DNA of 43,068 bases from a virus: positions 1 to 43,068 of IMG/VR virus record IMGVR_UViG_3300029179_000007; one strand, written 5' to 3'. A model generated the notes under the pieces. That model was not told where the DNA came from. It did not search any database and saw nothing but the letters and a program-made list of their open reading frames with translations. Numbering within the stretch: the stretch's first letter is position 1; every line of letters starts with the position of its first letter. Shown here piece after piece: positions 1 to 6,941 of the stretch. The position numbers and the translations under genes were made by a program.

Positions 1-99
1 AGTATTAGCCATCTTAGATTTAGGAGTGAATCCATCAGCCATTTCAAATTGAAGATTAAGCTGCTGTAGTTTCTCAATGGATACAGGAAGCGGTTCGTT
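1..99. repeat. Terminal overlap: bases 1-99 are identical to 42970-43068 (closure redundancy of a circular or circularly permuted genome)
   Basis: Read directly: agtattagccatcttagattt...atacaggaagcggttcgtt occurs at both window ends. The overlap lies inside the portal ORF and keeps it in frame. Confidence 0.95.
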
Positions 100-1731
100 G
101 GTGCGAGGACTAATTACCTCAGTATCTTGGCCATACATCAGAATATTGAGCTTAAGATTCTCTTTAATTGGAGTCATCATGCGATGTTCAACAACAAGAG
201 CAGGCAGACGCTGGCGATTCTCAGAGTTAGTCATAATAGAGTCAAATTCTCCAAGGGTACGGTTGCCCTTAGTAAACTGGCCTCTAGAAGCATTGTTCAT
301 ACCAGAGAGTTCTTTCTGCCAATCAGTAATCATCATAGCATCAGCAACTACGTTTTCAGTACCGCGACCATCAAAAGGAATCTGCTTATAGGCTGCATCC
401 ATAGTGTTGTTCATTAGAGCGGCAGGAGCCACAGGAATCTTACTACCCATGAAAGGACTATTAATATCAGCTGCACGAATCATTTCAGGGTTAAAGAGAG
501 CACGATCTTGCAAAGAGCGGTTAGCAGCTTGGAAGCGGATGTTCATAAGACGAGTGACAGTTTCTTGCAACGGCATAGCCATTTCGCCAAAGCCTTGAGT
601 CTGAAGCTGTAGACCATCATCAATCAACGGACTCATACCCATGCCGAAGCGATCATAAGCACCAATATAGGGTTCAAAGCTAATAATTACGTCACGGTTA
701 ACAATATACAGTACCCAAATTTGTACGTGGTTTTTGTTAGGAACATCAGTCATTACGAAGTCAGAAGGAAGAATACGGACATAAAGCTTAGTTACGCAAT
801 ATACGCCATCAGAGTTAGAAGGTACTTGACGAAGGCCAGGAGGAACTTCAGTAGTAAAGCCACCAAAAGTATCCCAGTTCTTATCCTGATTAGGCGAATT
901 AGTGATGTAGTTGCTAATATCCGGGTCTTCGTGGAAGTCAGTAGTAGAGAGATTAGACGACAGGGCATCTTCTACAGCCTTAGCATAAGTAAGCTTGTTT
1001 TCACTGGTGAGATAGTTTAGGAAGTTCTTAAGTTTAATACGATTCCAAATTTCAGTATAGCCTGCGTACTGGCCATCAATAGCTACATCAGCAAGGCTAA
1101 CGGTCCGGTCAAAATGGCAGTTGCGCAGATTAATCGACTTGATAGCATTGATATGCTTGTAATCTATCTTAACAGTAACAGAATTAGGGTTTAGGTCAGT
1201 AACTTGTTTAGTAGGATTATAGGTAGAAATAGGCTTCCATACAGTATCCCAAGCCAGAATGTTATAGCGCGCACCATAGTTAAAGATCAGTTGCAGCTCA
1301 GGAATAGATTGGGAGAGCGTGAGATGATCCTGAATTAGGCCTTCAAGAGCTTCAGACTCGGTGCGACGCTCAGGAGTAGAAGCAACAGGGAAAGTGGGAT
1401 AGCCGCTAAGGTATACTTCGGAGAGATAGGCTACGGTCGATTGTACTTGGCTGATAACAATAGGAGAAACTACTGGAGAGAGGCTAGTCTTACAAGCTAC
1501 TTTGCCATAGCGTTCAGATTGAATCAGATCTTTGCGAGCTTGTGCATTGAGATAGCGGGCATAAGCAACGTCAATTTCATCAAACTTATTACGCAGTTCT
1601 TCGTTACGAGAGTTAGTAGTGTCGAGGATTTTGCAAACGTATTGTTTAAGTAGGCTGTCAGTAAGTTTCGTATAACGATAAGCCTTGGGACGTTTTACTG
1701 ATTCCTCAGAAGGCTTCTTATCATCTGCCAT
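1..1731 (-). CDS. Portal protein, N-terminal 577 codons. The ORF runs off the window start and continues at 42969..42700, about 666 aa in total.
   Basis: ATG at 1731 (MADDKKPSEESVKRPKAYRY...) lies 2 nt after the terL stop. My hand translation checked both ends of this stretch (about 1621-1731 and 1-120) and found them open; the ORF reaches base 1 in frame with the 42700..43011 ORF (...LQFEMADGFTPKSKMANT|DFLMAG...). Size and position directly after the large terminase support the call. Confidence 0.8.
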   Translation of the reverse strand, partial: MADDKKPSEESVKRPKAYRYTKLTDSLLKQYVCKILDTTNSRNEELRNKFDEIDVAYARYLNAQARKDLIQSERYGKVACKTSLSPVVSPIVISQVQSTVAYLSEVYLSGYPTFPVASTPERRTESEALEGLIQDHLTLSQSIPELQLIFNYGARYNILAWDTVWKPISTYNPTKQVTDLNPNSVTVKIDYKHINAIKSINLRNCHFDRTVSLADVAIDGQYAGYTEIWNRIKLKNFLNYLTSENKLTYAKAVEDALSSNLSTTDFHEDPDISNYITNSPNQDKNWDTFGGFTTEVPPGLRQVPSNSDGVYCVTKLYVRILPSDFVMTDVPNKNHVQIWVLYIVNRDVIISFEPYIGAYDRFGMGMSPLIDDGLQLQTQGFGEMAMPLQETVTRLMNIRFQAANRSLQDRALFNPEMIRAADINSPFMGSKIPVAPAALMNNTMDAAYKQIPFDGRGTENVVADAMMITDWQKELSGMNNASRGQFTKGNRTLGEFDSIMTNSENRQRLPALVVEHRMMTPIKENLKLNILMYGQDTEVISPRTNEPLPVSIEKLQQLNLQFEMADGFTPKSKMANT

Positions 1732-1733
1732 GA

Positions 1734-3290
1734 CTAGACTCCTATGTCTATGTCTTCAACTGGTGGTAGCGAATCCAAGGTTCTGTACTGGCCTGTTGCC
1801 GGTACTAGATGCCCTCGGTGCTCCGTTAATACTTGCTTTTGGTAGGCTGGAGCATCTAAGTAGTCGTCACGGTTATCAGAAGAGTTGAGTTTATAGTTGT
1901 TAGCAAAGTATTCAAAGATGACTCTTGGGCCATTAGCTATACCGCAGTTTCCAGCTTGTAGTTCGTCAATGTAGTCGGAGATACGAGATTGCTTTGTTTT
2001 GTTTCTAGTGTGCAATTCAACTACAGTGATCCAACTCAAGTTCAATTTACGTAAGAATGTTTCCATCCAGAAGCATAGCGACTGTTGATAGCCTGTTGAT
2101 TCAATGCCAATGATGGACGCACCTACTCGTAAAGCTTCCATAATAATGTTAACTACGGTAGTTTTAGGATCCCATACTCCGCCTTTAAGCTGTACGCAAA
2201 CAGGAAAGCCATCATAAACTAGATGAGTAGCAATTACGTTATCGTCAGACTTTTTACGGAAGCCAGCAGGGTCAACGGTTAGGAAGGCTGCATCCCATTT
2301 CATCTCTGCATAGTGATCAGAGAGGATAGGTAGAGGAGAAGCTAGCAGTCGATACTTAGAATCTAGTGGATCATTCTGTACTTCTGCAAACCAGATGTGG
2401 CCTAAGCCCATTTGAGCATCATGGCGGTATTCTTTAAATAGCACGGATACTGGCTTAAGTTCAGGCCAAAGAGATTCGCCGTCAGAGAGGATAGCACCAG
2501 TAATAAGAGATAGCCATTCAGAGTTATCTTTAAGCTTCTTAAGCAAGCATTCACCTGGGAACATGTTGCCTAGGAAGATAATACGTCGGTTAGAGCCGAA
2601 GTTGTCGATACATTTAATGAGGGTGGCAACGAACCATTCGATTAGACTAATGTTTTGTACAGGAGATAGCGCAGATTCACGAGATTGAATGTCATCACAA
2701 ATGATTAGATCCGGACGTTTGTTGTTTTCGTTAGCACCACGAACAGCAGAACCAGCGCCCATAGGAAGAAGAATGCGAATCTTGCCATTCATTATGCCTT
2801 TCTTTTTCTTAGCATTGTCTACTGTCTTAGCTGCGGACCAACGACCGTAGATAGCTTCTACTTGAGGTGCAGATAGCATAGCGTCTACGTCATCAATAAA
2901 GGCCATTGCTTTGCCTTCAGTTGCGCAAACTACCATGATGAAGAAGTTGAAGTCGTATACAATAAACCAGACGGTTAGAATTTTAAGGAATGTAGTCTTA
3001 ATGAAGCCACGGGGAAGGCCCAGCGCGAATCGCAAGATAGCGTAAGGATCTTCTGAGCGAGTTGTTAGAGTAGCAAAGATGTCAGAATAGAACTGTGAGA
3101 ATGGAATTCTCATTACCGCAGGTGCAACAATGCCCGCAAAGTAGTTGATGTCATGCCTACCACGAGCAATAGCCTCTTCAGCGTTAGCTTTATAGGTTAT
3201 GCTTTGATGATTGGCTGTGTCATCACTTGCTTTACGGGCACCGATAAACTCTTCTACTGTAGTAAAGTGAGAAGGTTTAGGCTGGCTCAT
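1734..3290 (-). CDS. terL: Terminase large subunit
   Basis: 518 aa. Walker A-like GLPRGFIKTTF, Walker B DLIICDDIQS, nuclease-domain acidic motifs FLTVDPAG / IGIESTGYQ / DDYLDA. AAGGAG lies upstream of the ATG. Confidence 0.9.
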   Translation of the reverse strand: MSQPKPSHFTTVEEFIGARKASDDTANHQSITYKANAEEAIARGRHDINYFAGIVAPAVMRIPFSQFYSDIFATLTTRSEDPYAILRFALGLPRGFIKTTFLKILTVWFIVYDFNFFIMVVCATEGKAMAFIDDVDAMLSAPQVEAIYGRWSAAKTVDNAKKKKGIMNGKIRILLPMGAGSAVRGANENNKRPDLIICDDIQSRESALSPVQNISLIEWFVATLIKCIDNFGSNRRIIFLGNMFPGECLLKKLKDNSEWLSLITGAILSDGESLWPELKPVSVLFKEYRHDAQMGLGHIWFAEVQNDPLDSKYRLLASPLPILSDHYAEMKWDAAFLTVDPAGFRKKSDDNVIATHLVYDGFPVCVQLKGGVWDPKTTVVNIIMEALRVGASIIGIESTGYQQSLCFWMETFLRKLNLSWITVVELHTRNKTKQSRISDYIDELQAGNCGIANGPRVIFEYFANNYKLNSSDNRDDYLDAPAYQKQVLTEHRGHLVPATGQYRTLDSLPPVEDIDIGV

Positions 3291-3392
3291 GCTGCTTGTT
3301 TCTCCTTAGTAGCTCCTTTCAGAGCTGTGGGCAAAAAAGACACTTTGTTAGCCTGAAAGAAAGCGGCAGCAGCGGCCATGGTCTTAGTAGCT

Positions 3393-3971
3393 TCAGTACT
3401 GTAATGCTGTTTCATGTTGAGATTCTCCTTCGATTGGAGGCATTGCCTCGGCTTCTAACATCTTTTGTAGTGAACTAGCTGGCATAGGAGTAGTAGAGCG
3501 AGAGCCAATAGCAATGATCTCAGAATTAGGACCAATAGTAAGCTCTGGAGCGCAGATAGCCGGCATAGTAATTTCTACAATCTTCATAGTCATCTGACCT
3601 TGACCAGAAATAAGAGGATTCTGAATAGCCTTAGTAGCAGCTTCACGGCGGAAAGCATCATTTTTAATAGTGTTAAGAGTAGCAAGAGCAAGAATAAGTT
3701 CTCTACCAGCAAGCATTCCTGATTCAATCTGAGTTTGAAGTTGATCCATGGCAGCATGTTCTATGCCGATCATTTTATCCTTGGCAACTTCATCAGAAGA
3801 CTGAGGAGCTTCAGTAGCTTGTTGTTCAGCAAGTTCTTTTAGCGCAGCTTTAAAGTCCTGGTCTTGTAGTAACTGGCTAATGTAGGACTTCGACACGCCT
3901 ACTACGGAAGCAACAAGAGCAGGATTCATGCCTCCTACTAATAGCTGAGCAATGCGGTCGATTTTGGTCAT
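3393..3971 (-). CDS. terS: Putative terminase small subunit (N-terminal HTH)
   Basis: MTKIDRIAQLLVGGMNPALVASVVGVSKSYISQLL is a helix-turn-helix. The gene sits immediately upstream of terL. ATG 3971 is preferred over the track's TTG at 4055, which has no SD. Confidence 0.6.
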   Translation of the reverse strand: MTKIDRIAQLLVGGMNPALVASVVGVSKSYISQLLQDQDFKAALKELAEQQATEAPQSSDEVAKDKMIGIEHAAMDQLQTQIESGMLAGRELILALATLNTIKNDAFRREAATKAIQNPLISGQGQMTMKIVEITMPAICAPELTIGPNSEIIAIGSRSTTPMPASSLQKMLEAEAMPPIEGESQHETALQY

Positions 3972-4070
3972 GGGGTGGCCCGTCCTTTTCCTTTTATAGC
4001 GCGTGCGCAGGTGCGCGTATGCGTTATTGTCGCCTATTTTAAGGGGGAGAGGCAAGGGTTAAAATCCTTG

Positions 4071-4114
4071 TAGACTAATCTTTAGGAGTTAGACTAATCT
4101 TGAAGTTTAGGAGT
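4071..4114. repeat. Tandem direct repeat: tagactaatct+ttaggagt (4071-4089), then tagactaatct+tgaagt+ttaggagt (4090-4114)
   Basis: Read directly. Located in the divergent control region about 100-140 nt upstream of the terS ATG. Confidence 0.85.
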
Positions 4115-4132
4115 CTAGTATTGGTAAAAAGT

Positions 4133-4161
4133 TTAGAAAATTTTTTGGGATTGCTTATGAT
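4133..4161 (+). promoter_or_regulatory. Weak sigma70-like promoter candidate (TTAGAA-17-TATGAT) overlapping an A/T-tract+GGGA+TTGC motif
   Basis: Hexamers and spacing read by eye. The A4T6GGGATTGC motif resembles those at 6805-6820 and 15558-15574. Confidence 0.3.
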
Positions 4162-4336
4162 ACTAGCCCAGCGCCGCAGGCAAAAAGGCCCGCACTCCCC
4201 CTACTGAATTGGATGCGAATGCGAATAGGAATCAGTATCATTATCGTTAGCATTAGCTGCTAGGATTGATAGGCATTAGCAGGTGAGTTAGCCTAAGCTC
4301 AGCCGTTTTGAAGCCGACGAACGGTCATTAATTCTA

Positions 4337-4364
4337 TTGACAGTCTAGGCTATTGTGCTAATCT
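4337..4364 (+). promoter_or_regulatory. Early sigma70-type promoter (TTGACA-16-TAATCT with TGc extended -10)
   Basis: Consensus -35 TTGACA at 4337-4342 and tgcTAATCT at 4356-4364, about 40 nt upstream of the first plus-strand ORF. Confidence 0.6.
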
Positions 4365-4400
4365 TACTAACAGAAAGGCAAACAACTAACGAGGTGAAAC

Positions 4401-4565
4401 ATGGGCACTAGGTCGAGCGTACAAGCCAACCTGATTAGTCGATTCCGCGTGGTTACTGGCGCAAGCGTGGAGGATGCTTACTGTTATTTAGAAGCAGAGG
4501 AATGGGATTTAGATGATGCGCTAATCTCTTGGCGTGCTGATAGCTATTTGAGAGAAGCGAGTTAA
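4401..4565 (+). CDS. 54-aa early protein with a UBA-like / EF-Ts N-terminal (TS-N)-like domain. Too short for the ORF track.
   Basis: GAGGTG SD lies 5 nt before ATG 4401. Translation: MGTRSSVQANLISRFRVVTGASVEDAYCYLEAEEWDLDDALISWRADSYLREAS. The pattern F-x2-VTGA-x4-A-x2-Y-L-E-x3-WDL-x2-AL is typical of UBA-like domains. Confidence 0.6.
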   Translation: MGTRSSVQANLISRFRVVTGASVEDAYCYLEAEEWDLDDALISWRADSYLREAS

Positions 4566-4607
4566 TTAGTCTTGGCCTTATGTAGTCTAACATTTTTTAT
4601 AAATGAC

Positions 4608-4636
4608 TTGACTACATAGGGGCGATCACTGATAAT
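4608..4636 (+). promoter_or_regulatory. Strong sigma70-type promoter (TTGACT-17-GATAAT)
   Basis: Hexamers at 4608-4613 and 4631-4636 with a 17-nt spacer, 55 nt upstream of ATG 4691. Confidence 0.65.
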
Positions 4637-4690
4637 GACGCCTCCCCCAATGGGGATTTCCCAAAATGCAATCGAACGAGGATTCACAAA

Positions 4691-5305
4691 ATGTCTCAAG
4701 GTACTATGATCGTCAGCACTGTTAGCGAACTTAAAGATGGCGCCCGTAAAGCTATCGGCTCCTATTCGTTCTACCTGCCGACTCTGGCTGAATTCGGTAT
4801 TCAGGCCGAAGCTAAGCCGGTGTATGAAGGCGAAGGCGAGGAAAAGCAGATTGTAGGCTATGAGTATGAAGGCAATGCTCTTAATTTCCTCGGTAAAGCA
4901 GTAGACGCAGCAGTACGCGCGATGGCCCGTAATAAGCTGCTGCCTAAGTCTGCAACTCTGCGTCCCGGTGCTAAGATGCCGGAAAACTTCCTTGAAGTTA
5001 TTACGCCCGGCGAAGGCCGTGGAGGCTCTGCTGTACTGGCTGAACGTCATGCACTGTTCGCAGCGTGGACTGCGTTTGTTAATGGTCTGGAGCGTCCTGA
5101 AAACGTCAAGAAGCTGCTGATTCTGTTTGTTAAGACTCCTGACGCTCTGCTTACTCAGCCGGAAAAGATCAAAACCACTACCGAGGCGCTGGTAACTCAG
5201 TTTGCTACTGCTGCTGCTGAAGCTGGTAGCCTTACCGAGTGGCAAGCTAATCACCTGAATGGCGTGATTGAGAATTGCGCTGAGAATGGTGAAGCCGGCT
5301 GGTAA
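4691..5305 (+). CDS. 204-aa early protein of unknown function, apparently highly expressed
   Basis: AGGA SD, dedicated promoter and terminator. Codon usage (ctg, cgt, ggc, gct) resembles the capsid gene. I recognise no motif. Confidence 0.8.
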   Translation: MSQGTMIVSTVSELKDGARKAIGSYSFYLPTLAEFGIQAEAKPVYEGEGEEKQIVGYEYEGNALNFLGKAVDAAVRAMARNKLLPKSATLRPGAKMPENFLEVITPGEGRGGSAVLAERHALFAAWTAFVNGLERPENVKKLLILFVKTPDALLTQPEKIKTTTEALVTQFATAAAEAGSLTEWQANHLNGVIENCAENGEAGW

Positions 5306-5313
5306 TAGCCTCA

Positions 5314-5346
5314 GCCCTGCTAGACTGGTTCTAGTGGGGCTTTTTT
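5314..5346 (+). terminator. Rho-independent terminator
   Basis: gccctgctaga / ctggt / tctagtggggc forms an 11-bp stem with two G-U pairs, followed by tttttt. Confidence 0.7.
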
Positions 5347-5379
5347 CTGCCTTCTATAATCTGAATTGGAGTCCTAACT

Positions 5380-5535
5380 ATGTTTACTGTTTACTCTACC
5401 GATGGCGCAACAAAGTTTAATCATGGCGATTGTAAACGCTATATTCAGGCCGCTAGCCTCGCTCGCATTGTTCGCCGGACATTCCCTAATCGAATTGTAC
5501 TGGTAAACATTCCAGTTAGTTACCGGCCAGCCTAG
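5380..5535 (+). CDS. 51-aa hypothetical protein (too short for the ORF track)
   Basis: GGAG SD before ATG 5380. Translation: MFTVYSTDGATKFNHGDCKRYIQAASLARIVRRTFPNRIVLVNIPVSYRPA. Bracketed by two terminators. Confidence 0.45.
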   Translation: MFTVYSTDGATKFNHGDCKRYIQAASLARIVRRTFPNRIVLVNIPVSYRPA

Positions 5536-5554
5536 CCTAGATCAATTGATAACG

Positions 5555-5576
5555 ACCCGCCTAGCGCGGGTTTTTT
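5555..5576 (+). terminator. Rho-independent terminator
   Basis: acccgc / ctagc / gcgggt stem-loop followed by tttttt. Confidence 0.7.
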
Positions 5577-5690
5577 AATGCCTGCTATTTAGTAAACAAG
5601 GCGAATAGTCTACTAGGCAAAAGGCACAATTTCCCAGATTCCCCCAGCTTTAGGCAATCAAACCCAGCAGTATGCCAGCATAGCCCCATA

Positions 5691-5730
5691 AAAATCGCAC
5701 CCAATCGCACAATATCGCATATATTGCCAC
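5691..5730. repeat. Four tandem 10-bp units (aaaatcgcac / ccaatcgcac / aatatcgcat / atattgccac)
   Basis: Read directly. The 10-bp period would place the sites on one helix face. Confidence 0.7.
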
Positions 5731-5810
5731 TATTCAGATTTTGCCCTCCCCTGATAGCCCCTCCTCCTAATAGTATGTATTAGTCTAGTTAGCCTATCTA
5801 TCTATATCCC

Positions 5811-5836
5811 TCCTATCCCTATAGCTCTCCTATCCC
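5811..5836. repeat. Two copies of tcctatccc (5811-5819, 5828-5836), with a degenerate copy at 5801-5810
   Basis: Read directly. They abut the AT-rich block. Confidence 0.6.
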
Positions 5837-6000
5837 CCTATATAATAATAATTAAAAATTTAATACCCCCTACATTATGACGATCTTAGAGTCCTAACCT
5901 ATAAATCCCCCATATCTAGCCTATCATCACTGGTCATTATGCGTCCTATGCTCATACTAACCAAGGCAGGCACAATAGCCCCTCTCCTAATTCTACCATC

Positions 6001-6036
6001 CTGCCCAATCGTGGCATTTTCTGGCCCATCGTGGCA
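6001..6036. repeat. Two 16-bp direct repeats 20 bp apart: ctgcccaatcgtggca and ctggcccatcgtggca
   Basis: 14 of 16 positions identical. The core CCAATCG/CCATCG is related to the 5691-5730 units. Flanked by atcctgcc at 5997 and 6038. Confidence 0.75.
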
Positions 6037-6101
6037 AAATCCTGCCTTAAGGGTGCCCACCAGTGCCTAGACCTGCCTTCCCCCTATTAGGAGTATCAGC
6101 C

Positions 6102-6749
6102 TTGAACATTAAAGACCTACTCAAACAAAATCCAGCATTGCAGCCTAATGAAATCCTAGTCACTAACGTAGAGGAACCCGCTAAAATAACCCTCAGTATG
6201 GACGACCTAGCAGCCGAACTCAGCCTGCCAGTAGAATCTAATAAACCCTCCTCTAGTAGCTCAGCTACTAAACCAGCCCGTTTCTTAATGCAACACTTCG
6301 TCTTATTTTCTACACCCTTGTTTAATGTATTCCTTCAAGGCGTACTACCTATTCCTGCTAGTGGCTTCACCCTTGTAGACTACCTAGCAAACGCAGTAGT
6401 AAAGGCGAACGGTCATCCCTTTACTAAAGAGGCTCCTTCTATCACTGCCGCCTTACTAGAAGAAACTAGAACTAAGCGCACTAAACTCTTTTCAGCAGAA
6501 GGTAAGGAATGGCACTTAGAATTAGTAGCCCGCATTAATAATCATGTAAAGATAGATCCTACTAAATGCTTGCAAAAGCAGCGCGCGTTAGACTCTATCG
6601 CAGCCTATGAAGAAGCGCTAGCTACATTCTTAGTAGATAATGGCTATGATAGTCCTATTGCCTGGATAGAAGCCCACGGCAAACAAATTAATCTAAGCAT
6701 AGGCGCACTAGATTTAAACCAGTTAGGAAAAGATTTCATAGACTTCTAA
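6102..6749 (+). CDS. Hypothetical early protein (215 aa). Initiator or organiser role is speculative.
   Basis: In the frame of ORF 6063..6749. AGGAG lies 8 nt before TTG 6102, giving MNIKDLLKQNP..., which parallels the scaffold N-terminus MNIWDLLRRNNP. The gene follows the iteron-like region. Confidence 0.65.
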   Translation: MNIKDLLKQNPALQPNEILVTNVEEPAKITLSMDDLAAELSLPVESNKPSSSSSATKPARFLMQHFVLFSTPLFNVFLQGVLPIPASGFTLVDYLANAVVKANGHPFTKEAPSITAALLEETRTKRTKLFSAEGKEWHLELVARINNHVKIDPTKCLQKQRALDSIAAYEEALATFLVDNGYDSPIAWIEAHGKQINLSIGALDLNQLGKDFIDF

Positions 6750-6755
6750 CCTAGA

Positions 6756-6786
6756 GGCTGCTTTCTACTGGAGAGCGGCCTTTTTT
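6756..6786 (+). terminator. Rho-independent terminator
   Basis: ggctgct / ttctactggag / agcggcc stem followed by tttttt. Confidence 0.65.
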
Positions 6787-6816
6787 ATTACCAGTCAAAA
6801 AATTAAAAATTGGAGG

Positions 6817-6845
6817 TTGCACTTTTGAAGCCCTTCGCATATAAT
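6817..6845 (+). promoter_or_regulatory. Sigma70-type promoter (TTGCAC-17-TATAAT) with an upstream A-tract
   Basis: Consensus -10 at 6840-6845, preceded by aaaaattaaaaattggagg. Confidence 0.65.
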
Positions 6846-6941
6846 CATGGGGCTTCAGTCTATCCGGCTGATGCAAATGAGAATGGTTCTCATCTAGTTA
6901 CTAAAGTCTTTAAAGACTTCCTAATATATAGGATTAGAAGA

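Larger units (their letters stand above)
5578..6101. other. ORF-free, G-depleted, repeat-rich region with an AT-rich core: candidate replication origin or regulatory hub
   Basis: No ORF of 60 aa or more on either strand. By my count 5761-5880 holds 33 C and 7 G. Several local repeat families flank the A/T block ctatataataataattaaaaatttaata (5838-5866). Confidence 0.45.

Noticed and set aside
1-99. The 99-bp identical ends as phage DTRs, LTRs or IS inverted ends
   Set aside because: The repeats are direct and lie within a coding sequence, and joining them restores a single ORF. There are no transposase or integrase genes and no target-site duplication.
77-1653. Plus-strand ORFs 77..391, 127..417, 404..598, 721..1020 and 1441..1653
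   Set aside because: All are antisense to the long uninterrupted portal frame. They lack SD sequences and have odd composition.
3287-3379. A 30-aa minus-strand ORF (MAAAAAFFQANKVSFLPTALKGATKEKQAA) between terS and terL
   Set aside because: There is no convincing SD and the N-terminus is Ala-rich low complexity. It could be real because its stop overlaps the terL ATG as ATGA, but the evidence is insufficient.
4100-4207. A 35-aa TTG-initiated ORF following the SD-like ttaggagt repeats
   Set aside because: SD spacing is about 11 nt, the start is TTG, and it lies upstream of every plausible plus-strand promoter. The AGGAG words are better explained as part of the tandem repeat.
5691-6036. The short direct repeats as a CRISPR array
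   Set aside because: The units are 10-16 bp, degenerate and either contiguous or separated by 4 bp. There are no 25-40-bp spacers and no cas genes.
5939-6070. A 43-aa ORF (MRPMLILTKAGTIAPLL...) across the 16-bp repeats
   Set aside because: There is no SD, and the sequence is dominated by the repeat and C-rich composition. It is more likely non-coding.
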